From the NCBI RefSeq assembly GCF_009914755.1, contig NC_060933.1: DNA of 64,000 nucleotides; one strand, given 5' to 3'. Positions 49,905-62,528 of the stretch are shown one piece after another. The DNA comes from the human T2T-CHM13v2.0 reference genome, Homo sapiens. The notes beneath the pieces are model-generated. The model did not search any database. It had not been told where the DNA came from and saw only the letters and a list, made by a program, of their open reading frames with translations. The position numbers and the translations under genes are program-made. How positions within the stretch are numbered: the stretch's first letter is position 1; every line of letters starts with the position of its first letter.

Positions 49905-52265
49905 GTGTCTGTGACCCTTTCAGGCTCATGGGAAAAGGCGGTCAGAGAGGGTGATAGCTGGAGGTGGGTGGACCTGAGAACAGGCTCCTTACATACTTTG
50001 CTGCAGTCTCATTTGCTTGTGGCAGTTTTCACCTTGCCTCTCCTACCTCTCTACCATAGAACTCTTACTCATCATGTTATAGGTTTTCATTTGTTTATTC
50101 TTATGTAGCCATTTTCACTATTCCCTCTCCCACCCCCACTCCCCCAAGCAGTAAATTCTGTAATGCAAGGCAATCTTGTGTCCTTATTTCTGTTTCTGGG
50201 CACACTGTAAAACATCTGTATTTTAATAGTATCTGTCAGGAAATTCTATTTTGGCAACCAAGTACGGGCTAATCTAAAGTAGCCCATACTTGAGTGCTAT
50301 GTTGATAAGGCTCTAATGCATAGTTAGCCCCTTGACTGTCAGGCTTGGAAAAAAGACAGGAAGTATTCCTTGTCTTTGGAAATGAGCCTACTCTGGCTTT
50401 GGGAAGGAAAGAGTACAAATGGTTCTCACCAGATAGGGTTGCTGCAGCTCTCCCAGCATTTTGGGAACAAATCAGGTCATTATCTCAACAATGTCAAAAT
50501 TGTGTTCCCAGATCGGTTGTTGTTTGAAACATTTGGGGCTGATGCGGAGGAGGAGAATTAATTAGCAGCTCCCTCTGTTGGTGTTCTTTTTCAGCCTTCT
50601 CACATTGCAGCACGAGAGTCCCTTAGACATGCTGGCTGCTCATTTGATAATCTGTGTTTTGCTCAGTACAAAAGGTTGCTGGCTAAGTTTTGTGAGCCCC
50701 TCTAACGTCAGGCTGGCAGTATCTTGGGTTCAATTAACAAGAAAGTCTACAGTAACATTTTGTCAATGGGGAAGGACTTGAATTCACAGAACTGTCTCGG
50801 AAAGCCCTGGGTAAGTTTGAAGAGCAAAGTTGCCTTTTCTGTTTTCAGAAATATTTTACCCCGCAACGATGTGTAAATCTAAAGCCTGTGCAAGAATGAA
50901 AACGAGCTTGAGTATTAAGATTTGGCACAGTGTGTGCAAGCAATGAGACTGGGTTAAAAACAGGAAGTGTCTTAATTTAAAGATGGTGATGGGGAGACGG
51001 ATTAAAATAAACTGCTGGCCATGTTGAATCTGAGATAGGCAAGCCTTGGTTGTGGGCACATTCCCTTCTGAATTACTCTATGCAGATATATTTTAGGCCT
51101 CTTTCTATTAAATTGTCTTTCACATGGTTTCAAAGATAGGGCTAGTGATAAGAATTCTCTTCCTGCATGGTGGGTACCATTATATAAACGGTATGAGCAT
51201 GCTTTTCTTGTGTCTCTGTATAACTGCTTGGTCTGGCACTCCACAAAATAGTAAAACACATTTCTGCAGTGGACTAGCCCATGCTGTGAAAGAGGAAGGT
51301 GGTGGTGGACAAAAAGTGGTAAGTTTTAGGCTGAAGGATGTTGATGTTAAACTTTATTTCTGATTATGGCAGTCTTTCATCATGTAATTTAAGAAGCCTG
51401 AGATCATCTGACTTTTTTTTATGTTTTTTTTCTTTAGGACTGCAGGAAGTGTTGATAAACATCTGTTTAAGTTGTCTATACCATGAAATCCATAATCTTC
51501 CTTCATAACTATGATAGCATATGGTTTTCTATAGTTAGGAAAACTATTTCTCATGTATTTCATGGTTTGGCCAAATCCTTTTATTACATTAGTACTAAAA
51601 AATTCCTTAGGATTTCTAGAGAAAATAATATGTATTATGGATAAATAAGGGAAAGTAAGATAATTCTTAAACCTTAGTATCAGCAGTCATTCTAAACCAC
51701 ATTACACATCTTCAGTAAAAGTGGTTACAAAAGATTTTTCTCACTTCAAAAGATCCGCCAGGGAAGAGTCCCAGCTTTTTCTTGGTGTTATTTTAGGTAT
51801 TAACTCAGGAGGGCTTCCTGAAGGTTTGTCAGTGAGATAGTTGGGGGGTTCCTGAGCTTTTTATTGTTGTACGTGAACTTGGTACTTACTTCTTTGGCTT
51901 TTAAACTCTCAGCAGCACGTACAGATGCCCTCACATGCTTTCTGGGATGACTTTAACGCTAAATAGCAGGGGTGTTTCTCAAGAATGTTTAAGAAAAGAA
52001 AGCAGACATTTGTTTGCACAAACAGATATTTGTGACTTCTGTGAAAAAATTCCAATAGTTGTAATATAGGAAATTTTTATAAACAAACACCCCTACCAAC
52101 TAACCCATCGTGTATTTTTATGTGTGTATAGAAAAAATGAAAGGATATACTAAAATGTTAATTGCATAGTTTCTCTGGGAATTGAATTTAATTAAAATTT
52201 TTTTATCAAGATTTTTAAAGTTTTATAATGACCACGTTATGTTTATGTAATAAAAATAAAATAGA

Positions 52266-52400
52266 GGCTAGGCACAGTGGCTCACACCTGTAATCCCAGC
52301 ACTTTGGGAGGCTGAGATGGGAGGATTGCTTGAGTCCAGGAGTTCGAGACCAGCCTGGGCAGCATAGTAACACCCTATCTTTATTTTTAAAAAATAAAAT
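52266..52400 (+). mobile_element. Alu left monomer (FLAM-like)
   Basis: Single monomer plus A-rich tail. Confidence 0.88.
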
Positions 52401-52575
52401 AAGAGAGGGGGACAATAAATGCAAATATATAAATGACAGAAATTTTATGGTCTGGTCAAAGAACTATCATTGCATGAAATTATAGATATGGTCATGTAAG
52501 GTTACCTTTTTTCATTATAATTCCACCAATAATTCTAAAGTTTCTTTTCTTTTTTTTTTTCTACTTCTTCCACAG

Positions 52576-53190
52576 AAAAACAGGACAAAGAAACCTGTGT
52601 GAATTTTCAGCTTTTCACCTTCTCTGATTTTATTTCTTCCTCACTCTTCCTTTGACAGTCCTCGCAGTCCGCCTGAGAGAGTAGAGAAGACCCCCTCCCA
52701 GAACCTTCCTGTAAGGTCTCCCCGCTGACTTCCTGTAGTGGATGTGACTGTGTGCCAGGTGCCTGCCGAAGACCCCTGTCACTGACTGTGCCCTTTGGGA
52801 AAGAGTCAACAATGGCCTCCTCCTATGGCTGACTTCGTTCATGTTCAGGCTCTCCAGCTTGCTAGTGAGAATTGCCAAGGATTGGTTCATGGCAGGATAG
52901 AACTAAACTGATAGATGAAAGCTCCACAGTGCTTCAAGACGGGGTCCCGTTCATGTTAAGCAGTTTTCCTTCCTTCAAAATAAAAAACTAGCAGTCCTTA
53001 GGGAGGACAGTTTTTTCCTTCCTTTTCCTATTCTGGCTCCAACAGCTGTCTCAACACAGCCCGAGATGGGGAGCAGCCTGGCTTCCACCGGCAATAGCTG
53101 TATTGTGGGAGTGTGAAAGAGAAGCCACCTTTTCCTCCCTCTGCCCAAGCCACCTGGCCCCTTTGTCCTTTCTCCTCCTCGTCCTCTGAG
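52576..53190 (+). promoter_or_regulatory. KANK1: Probable alternative KANK1 promoter / 5'UTR exon
   Basis: Repeat-free, locally GC/CpG-enriched, ETS-like ACTTCCTG; acceptor (Y)n-CACAG ending 52575; donor GAG|GTATGA at 53191; recollection of a KANK1 isoform starting ~45 kb into intron 1. Confidence 0.5.
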
Positions 53191-53929
53191 GTATGAGTGG
53201 CTGTGACTGTATGACATAGGAACTATGAAGCGGGGTGAGGGGACGGTTTGGTGCGTAAATCCTCACGCAGGTGGCGGTTATTGTCTGTGTGGAGGAAATA
53301 AGCCCGGTTCTTCCTGGGACTGCTTTCATTTCCCTCTAGCTTCCAGAGGGTAAAATGAACCTTAATGGAGGTTGGGGGGTGGCACGCACAAAGTCCTGGG
53401 TTGAGGGGGCAGTGGTCAGAAAGTTCCCTAGGGTAATATACAAAGGAGAATTAACACTGGGGACACTGAGGTGGGTTTTGGTCCTTTCCACATAACTGAC
53501 ACCTTTCAAAGCAAGGACTTGCTTTCTCGTGAGGAATGTCAGCAGTCGCAACACCACTGGGTTGGATGCAGGATAATTATTCAGAATCACGAGTTACCTG
53601 TTTGCAAGCAATCACATTGCAGGTGGGATAAATAAGCAGACAGTCTGTGGTAGGTTCCCCCACCCCAACCGCCTCCCCTCCCCCCAGGGATACTGTAATT
53701 TTAAGTATTGTTTTGGATATTGGTAATTCTAAAGCTCCAATCTTAACTGGGTTTTATGAAAGCCGTTATAGGGTGTTTATTACCAAAAAAACCTCCTTCT
53801 TATTTAATAATACAGTGCCTAGCCACTCCTTTTTCCCTGCATCCGTACATGAAGCCTGATTGCAGATCTCGAACAGTATATTTCTTTGAGCTAAACAGCA
53901 AGAACAGATAAGGTATCTTATCAAAACAC

Positions 53930-54089
53930 CACGCCAGGTGGCGTGGCTCACAGCTATAATCCCAGCAATTTGGGAAGCTGAGGTGGGAGGATTGGTTGAG
54001 GTCAGGAGTTTGAGGCCGCAATGAGTTATCGCGCCACTGCACTCCAGCCTCAGCAACAGAGGGAGACCCTGTCTCTAATAAAACAAAAA
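53930..54089 (+). mobile_element. Alu monomer (FRAM/FAM-like)
   Basis: Single right-arm-type monomer with A tail. Confidence 0.85.
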
Positions 54090-55224
54090 CATTACACCAT
54101 TGTCAGAAAGTGATTTGTTCTTCTTTGTTGGATTAAATTCTCTCACGTGCAAGGTAGTGGCCAGCAGCCTAAGAAGATACACAAGCTCTTCACTGTAGAT
54201 GTTTGGCGGTGTGGGAGTTACAAGGTTAATTATGAGCGTAAGGCCCAGGCATCTTTTCTTCCTAACAATTTCATTTCATCCTATTTCTTTTTCCATTCTT
54301 TCTCCGAACTGTCTATACTTTATTAAAGTCTTCTTTTTCCCAGACTCCAGAATAATTTCCTGTGATATGTTTTAGCAGTTTCTCCAGGAAAAGGCTCCAG
54401 GAGTCTTTAAATCCAGCCCTCTTTCTGCTGTATCTTTGTGCCTCACATCTTGAGAGAAGTTGAGTGGTAGAAAGTAAAGGAAAGCAGAAAAAGAGATGGG
54501 TCAGGGAGGAAAGCCAAGATGGAAAATGGATGGGAATGAATGAGGAACATGATGTGGGTTGGGGTGTCAATTCATGGTTAATACAACATGTGTGGCTCAG
54601 TATAACCAGATTGTCATAAGAAGCTCAGGCAGCTCTCCCCCTCTGTTGCCTGGGGCTTTTCGCAGTTACAATAAAAGTGGAAAGATGAAGAATAAGGGCA
54701 AGCAGAAGACACACACATTTGCCTGTTTCCCTCTTTTTGTCCAGATTGAGTAGATGGGAGGCAGGGCTGTTACCCATGATGGTGTTTCATACCAGAGTCA
54801 ATCTACTAGTTTGCTTGGTTTTATAGGCGTGATTCCCAAATTTTGAATCTGAAGTTAGCTGTCAGTTTAAATTCAGAGGGTCCGCAGTTGTTTTTCAGGT
54901 TTTTCTTGATTCTGCCTTTGGAAACCAGGAAGATGTTGAATTTACTTTTCATCTGACAATATTGCACATCTGTGAACCCAACTGATCTGAAAGTGTTTAC
55001 CTCTTAACTCTGTGAAGTTAGCTGGTTATTCTGGATGGCTGGGACAATGGTGAGGACCGTTTATAATGGTTACTCTCACCTGTGCTCCAGACGCTCCACT
55101 TGGTGCTAGAAATACAGCAGTGAACAGACATGGTTCTTGCCTCCACACAGCTTGCAGTTTAGTAGGGCAGACTGACGACATTAAAAAGATACCATCGGTG
55201 TTGTTATAATGGTGATAAGAGTTA

Positions 55225-55535
<311 letters not shown>

Positions 55536-56334
55536 AAGGGAGCATGTAACAGTAGGATCTAATCTAGCCTAGGCAAGTACGGCATTCTTGAGAAGTGACT
55601 TAAGACCTGAAGGACTGATCGAATTGTCTGTGTGAAGATTGGCAGCGGGTGCTCTGAGGGGGAAAAGCGGAAATAGCATATGCAGACACCCTGAGGTAGA
55701 AAGGGAGCTCTGGCCTGCTTGTGTGATTACTGTGGGAGAATGAACAGGAAGAAGACGAAAGTAGAAGCAAGAAGACCAATTAGGAGGTTCCAAGGACCTG
55801 CCTAACTAAGGTCAGTTAGCCGGTGATTGCCCAAGCCAAGACTCAAACTCATTTTTATGAAGGCCGCACACCCTCATCTCCTCAGCAGTTGTTAAACAAT
55901 ATTTGATAATGGTGTTCATGTCAACCTGGCACATGTCTAGAAGATTCTTAAGTGACTTTTTCTTTTCACATGGCTTTTTGACCTTTTAAATATAATATGT
56001 TTTAATATGACGTTATTAGCTGCACAAAGGAAGGGAACTGCTCATTTGAATGAACCAGAAGAAACTTGGAATTTTGCCTGCCTTCTGCTTCAGCCCTGCC
56101 AAAATGTAATTTCTTTAATTCATCAAATCACATTCTTGACTAATCTGCTCAAGTCTGTACTATGCCTTGGCCTTTTTCCCTGTGACAATTTAGGGATCTT
56201 TAAAGAAAATATTTTGAAATGTTTTCTCTTGATCAGGGTGCTTGTGGTTAGGTATTGCATACACTGCTTTTATTTGCAGAATGAGCTATTTTTCTACCAT
56301 GTGATCCTTTGTTAGAAATGAACATGATTGTGGC

Positions 56335-56640
<306 letters not shown>

Positions 56641-56764
56641 TCACCTTTATTTAAAAAAATCATTTATCAGGTGGTTGCAATGAAAAGCAATTTAGTTGTT
56701 TACAACCTCTACCTTCCAGGGACTTAAGTGTGTTCAGAAGTATTTAAAATGAAATAATTATCTT

Positions 56765-56985
56765 AGCTAATAATGATAAAATTACTGTGGAGCATTGAGG
56801 GCTACTTTGTGCCAGGCAATCAGCTTTAAACACCTTTGATTTTCTCCCTATGATGAGGGGTATACTGTGATTTTTATTAAACATTTGGGGAAACTGAGGC
56901 TTAAAGTGGCTGAGTTTTCTAAGAGCACGCAGGTGGAAAGTGATCAAGCTGAGTCCTCAGCTTCATATCTTCTCAGGGTCCTTGA
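56765..56985 (-). mobile_element. MIR
   Basis: ctactttgtgccaggca...ggggaaactgaggcttaaagtggctgagt. Confidence 0.7.
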
Positions 56986-57515
56986 TCTTCCGCACCCTGT
57001 AGTTCTGGTTCATTTTAGGCAATTATCAGAAGTCACCTCAAATGCCAAGAACCTGTGTAACACAGGGGATGAAGTAAATGTGAGCAATGTAATGAAGCGT
57101 TTCCTTATAAACTGTTGTAAGGATTTTGTTCCAGAGATGAAGTATGAGAAAAATATAAGCCAATTGTTCAGTTTCATATTAGTCACCCTCTTCTACTGAA
57201 CTTTGGTAAATTCAAAGCTTCCCTCTATACGAATTTACTTTTATAGGAATATTACAAAATCTATACTAAGAAATATTAGAAAATAACCTGTACTTAATAG
57301 GTTTAATGGAAATTAAACCCAAATATAATGGAAATCTGAATGAATGCTCATTTAAAAAAATATAATTTATAGCAGTGGTTCTCAAACTTTAGCGTGCATT
57401 TGGGTCCTCTGGAGCATTATGTTAAAACACAGATAGCTGGGCTCCAACCCCAGACCTTCTGATTCAGGAGTTCTGGGACTGGCGTACAAATGTACATTTT
57501 TGACAAGTTACCAGC

Positions 57516-58531
57516 TGTATGAGGGTTCTCCAAAGAGACAGCATAGGTATATTAGGAAGGAGATTCATTATAGGAATTGGCTCATGTGATTACGAAGGCC
57601 AGGAAGTCCCAGGATGTTCCCCAAGAAGTCTCAAGATCTGCCATCTGCAAACTAGAGAACAAGAAGGCCATTGGTGTAATTCAGTCTGAGTCTGAGGGCT
57701 GAGAACCTGGGAGCACCTGGCGTAAGTTTCCATCTCCATCTGAGTCTGAAGATCCAAGAACCAGGTGCGCTGATGTCTGAGGGCAGGAAAAGATAGAAGT
57801 TCCAGCTCAAGCAGAGAGCAAGTATTTGCCTTTCCTCTCCCTTTTTGTTCTATTCTGGCCCTCACTGATTGGATGACACCCATCCACACTGATGAGCATC
57901 CATGTTGGCGGTCTTAACCCTTTTCCCACTTAGAAAAAAAGTGCGGTTTGTGGCCAGTGCTTATTTAATTTTACATAAACAGGCTGTTGGAGGCTAAAGC
58001 AAATCGGACTGATTTTCAGTGTGAAAATAAAATAGAAAATATTATTTCTAAACAGAACTAACATCACAACCATCTGAATTATCAGAATCATCTATTTCAG
58101 AAAAATCGGATTCATCAAATGAATCTTCCATCAACTGTTAGAGAACGATGTTAACATCACTCATAGGAATGCTATGTTTTCTAGGATTTGACATTTTCAG
58201 CAATTGAGAATTACTATATTTTGTAAATGGAAATGCCACTACTAAAAACAGAATCCTATAAATAGGATGATGTCTTTTGTTTCCAAAGTCGATATACTAG
58301 AACGATGTGAAAATTTAAAAAACGAGATCTTTCGTGGCAAGGTTATCTTGGGGTAAACACTGCAGCTGCAAGCACCATGGGCAAGTATTCTCAGGGCAAA
58401 CAGGAAGAGAGTTAGTGAAGTCTACTAATTCAAATGCTGATCTCTTCTTGGCACACCCAGAAGTAATGTTTTACCGGCTGCCTGGGCATCCGTTTGCCCA
58501 GTCAAGTTGGCACGTGAAATTAACCTGCATA
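57516..58531 (-). mobile_element. MLT2-type ERVL LTR inside MER5A, split by MER75
   Basis: gggttctccaaagagacag...ggaattggctcatgtgatta...cccagtcaagttggcacgtgaaattaacc; 5-bp TSD CCAGC/CCAGG. Confidence 0.82.
57918..58411 (-). mobile_element. MER75 (piggyBac non-autonomous element)
   Basis: TTAA then TIR CCCTTTTCCC; gaaaaatcggattcatcaaatgaatctt; tttccaaagtcgatatactaga; right TSD TTAG. Confidence 0.85.
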
Positions 58532-60502
58532 CCAGGTAATGTTTCTGCTGCTGGCCTAGCGACCACACTTTGAGAACAACTAATAAGTCATAAGACAGTA
58601 GAACCCCTGGATAGTAATAAGTGCTCGTGAAATGAGCTGGCCAGTAGCTAATCCCTGAGAAAGCCATTTCCTAGTCTTATACCACGTCAGTAATCCAAAG
58701 CAGGATGGCGATCTGAAGTCCTGAAGAGTCAAGGGTGATACGATGACTCTATGGAGCCATCACCACTATTGGGAAGACAGTGGGGACACCTGCCTCCCCT
58801 ACCTTCCACACCATGTACATGATGGCACGTGACTTAGATGTGCAAACTGTGCAGTGTCAGCTTTGTGATGATAAACTCTTCCACTCAGTCTGCTATGTAT
58901 ATGGCATAGTCACTATACTGCTAAATTAAATAAATCAAATGAGTGAACATAAATCAGGATTCAGATACCAATTAGGTAAAATACTATAGTTTGTATATGA
59001 TGGGGATTATCCTTTTTCTGGAATGTTTCAGCATCCAACCTTTGCTGCGTTTGTCTTCTTGCAGTGACTGAGAATTAGCTGAAATAACTGTAAAAGCGTA
59101 AGATTCCCATTTGGCTGGAGATGAAATCACAGAGGTTGGTTTACTAAGCCTTAAGAAATTCCTTTAGATTTGATGTGTCCAGACTTGTACTGGAATATGA
59201 AATATTCAATTTGACAAGATCTGTGAGTTCCTAGTACATACGTGTTTTTAGAAATGTGTTTCTCAAAATACAATTAGGAAAAAATCCCTTTGAAATGCTA
59301 AAACTACCTTTAGTGGTGATAAAGATGCCGACAACCCCTTCTGTTTAAATAAAAACAAACAACTTTTAACCTTCATGATGTTATAATAACATCATTAACT
59401 TGTGTAGACAAACATCAGTGCTCACATTTAAAGTAATCATTAAACATTTTCAGAGTTATACTTAAAATGACTTTTTAATCATACTATAAAATACTGCTGC
59501 AAAGTTGTTGGTGGGGTACTAAGTTGTAGTTCTTATTTCTTCTTTCTCTACAGTCTGTTTTGGCTCTACCTTGGGGGGAAAATACCCAAAGAATTGTAAC
59601 TGAATACAGAAGCATTTTAAAAAATCTTATTTTAAAGAGGAGGAGAAATTTTAGAGCTATTTCTGATAATAAACCTCAAAAAGTGAGAAGTATTAGAATT
59701 TATCTTGGTTAATTTTCTTTTTTTAATTAACGAGCATGCATTGCTTATATAAAACTTTTCTCTGTATGTGTCTGTATCTGATGCAGTTAGAAGTTCAATG
59801 TGAGTTTAGTGATTCCCAGGGAAGACTTAGGGAACCTTGGTTTCTGAGTTGTGCTCTCCTCTGACTACGTGGTGAGTCTTAGTCTCTGGAGTCAGCCAGA
59901 TCCAGATCTTAGTCTCATGGAGTTAGCCATGATCATTTTAAACTTATAATTATTAAAGTGCTATGATGTACAAAGGTGCTTATGAAACTAAAATTTGAGG
60001 AATTAGATACAATGACTATGCGGTTTTGCTTTTTAGTAACTGTTTCTCATTACTTCATTGATCCAAAGTGAGATTTTTAAAGCTAAAGTCCTTGTTCCAT
60101 TAAGATAATTCTGTCATTTGTCCAGTTACTCTCCTTACTCAAATTGCTAGCCCCTTTGGTACTTTTCTCTCTAGCTCTTGCCCTGCTTCATGATGTTCCT
60201 GAATAGTTTTAGTTTTCTTTGTTTATTTTTCCACTTTCTTGGGCCAGACCTCCAATTTAATTCTTTTAGTTGAATGAGCTGCTTTCTCGCTTGTTACAGA
60301 CTCACTTAGGGCTCATTCCTCCCTGCCTTAGTCCCAGTATGGTCTCAGTAATGACATGCAGTATGGGGACTTTGGACTCCTGTTTGAACAAACCAGCTTT
60401 GAGATGATAAAAATTTGAATATGAATTGAGTTCTTGAAGATAAGAAATTGTTAATTTTGTTAGGTTTGTTAATGGCATGGTAGTTACTCTAAAAACAAAT
60501 TT

Positions 60503-60677
60503 CTGGGCGAGTGTAGTGGCTCATGCCTGCAATCCTAGTACTTTGAGAGGCCAAGGCAGGAGGATCACATGAGCCTGAGAGGTTGAGCCTGCAGTGAGAT
60601 GAAATTGCGCCAGTGCACTTCAGCCTGTGTGACAGAGCAAGACCATGTCTCAAAAGGAAAAAAAAAAAAAAAAAAAA
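60503..60677 (+). mobile_element. Alu monomer (left-arm start fused to right-arm end) within old L1 3'UTR remnant ~60350-60900
   Basis: Single monomer with poly(A). Confidence 0.85.
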
Positions 60678-61167
60678 TTTATTCATTAGTTATAAATGCA
60701 CACTGATGTTCTTATAAGTGAAAAGATATATTGTTTTGGTTTTGCTTTAAGATTCCAGCAAATATAAAACAGAAAAAGAGGGAATATATTAAAAAGGCTG
60801 GCAAAATATGTATCATTGTTGAAGCTTAGTGATGGGTGCATTGTATTCAATATAGTATTCTCTTTTGTGTATATTTGAAGTTTTTCATGATAGAAGGTTT
60901 AAAAATTTAGAACAAAAATGAATGTGGAGGTTCAGGATCCTACCAGATGTTTCTAAATGAACTTTAAGTGACAATGGGGAAAAATGTCCATATCATCCTG
61001 GAGTTTAAGGCAGGGAATTCTTGGTAGGGGGCTATTGAAAAATAGCCAAACTGTTAGTCAAAAATGTACATATGATCTCATGGCCACAGATAGTAATGTA
61101 GAAGACAGATCACGAAAGTACTAATCCTTGGGTGAGGAAGAACAGGAGAAGGCAGCCCAAGAACTTA

Positions 61168-61488
<321 letters not shown>

Positions 61489-61765
61489 ACCTATACGAAC
61501 AATGGTAGGAATGTCAAGGAACCCAGGAGTGAAGATCGGATTAGTCAGATGCTGTGAGAGGAGGTGGAAAAAACCAGTGTAGAATGGGCAGGCACCTTTG
61601 AAAAGGCTAGAGGAAAATTTTGGAAGGGCATTAAGGAGGAGCATAGCAAAGAAGTCTAGACCTATGACTTGGAGCTGTTCTGTTATATAAATAGGATATC
61701 CAGAGATAGCAAACTGCTCACTGCAGGAAATAGGGGAAATAGAGGATAATTTGGAAGAACACCCC

Positions 61766-62528
61766 ACTGTTATTATTTGTGGCAGTTATGTTCTATAAAG
61801 TCGCTGTGGACATAATTAGTGAATACTGAGCCATTGCTCCTAGGGGAACAATACAGAGTTAGATTCCTGTGAGCCTCTGGTTATAACGATTTTGTCAGCT
61901 GTCAACCGATCAATACATAGCCTTGTTTTGCATGTGTTTCTGTTTAAAGATACCTTGTTTAATATACATTGTTGATTCATTAACATTGACCTCATGGCGA
62001 AGAGCACTGTATCTCATGCCTAAATGAAGCTTAGCCAATGCGTCTCTTCTTCCTAAGGCACATCATGGCCTTGTTGTGATTAAGAACATTAGACGACACT
62101 AAGGCATGATGTTTGGGGCTCATTTTAAACAGCAAAATCACCAAGAAACCCACAAAAATGAAAAAAAAAAGCCCTAAAAACTAGCCACAAAAGGGACATT
62201 TGTTAATAGTATAAGGGCTAGAACAAAGAGTGTAGGCTGGTTTTTTGGCTTCAGCTGGGTACATGTATGTGGAGTGACTCAAATATTTTGGTGTGTACTT
62301 GCTTCAGTGGCACATATACTAAAATTGGAATGATACGGAGAAGATTAGTATGGCCCCTGTGCAAGGATGACACAAATTCGTGAAGCGTTCCTTAATAAAA
62401 AAAGAAAAAAAAATTTTGGTTCTCTCCACCTGTGCGCAAATGACCATGAGCATTAGTCTTGGGGTTATAAATAAGTTTTAGTAGATGAATTTGCAAATGT
62501 GGAATCCGTGAATAATAAGGATGTACTG
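61766..62528 (-). mobile_element. MER82 (Tigger/TcMar DNA transposon), split by U6 retrocopy
   Basis: gcagttatgttctataaagtcgc...ccattgctcctagggga...gaatttgcaaatgtggaatccgtgaataataagg..actg-TA. Confidence 0.85.
62295..62413 (+). pseudogene. U6 snRNA processed pseudogene (RNU6 family) with poly(A) tail
   Basis: gtacttgcttcagtggcacatatactaaaattggaatgatacggagaagattagtatggcccctgtgcaaggatgacac-aaattcgtgaagcgttcc + A tail; TSD-like ATTTTGGT; no PSE/TATA; ACAGAGA box mutated to ACGGAGA. Confidence 0.95.

Larger units (their letters stand above)
57373..58582 (+). mobile_element. MER5A (hAT), split: 57373-57515 and 58532-58582
   Basis: CAGTGGTTCTCAAACTTTAGCGTGCAT ... gaccacactttgagaac; orientation nominal. 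Confidence 0.85.
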
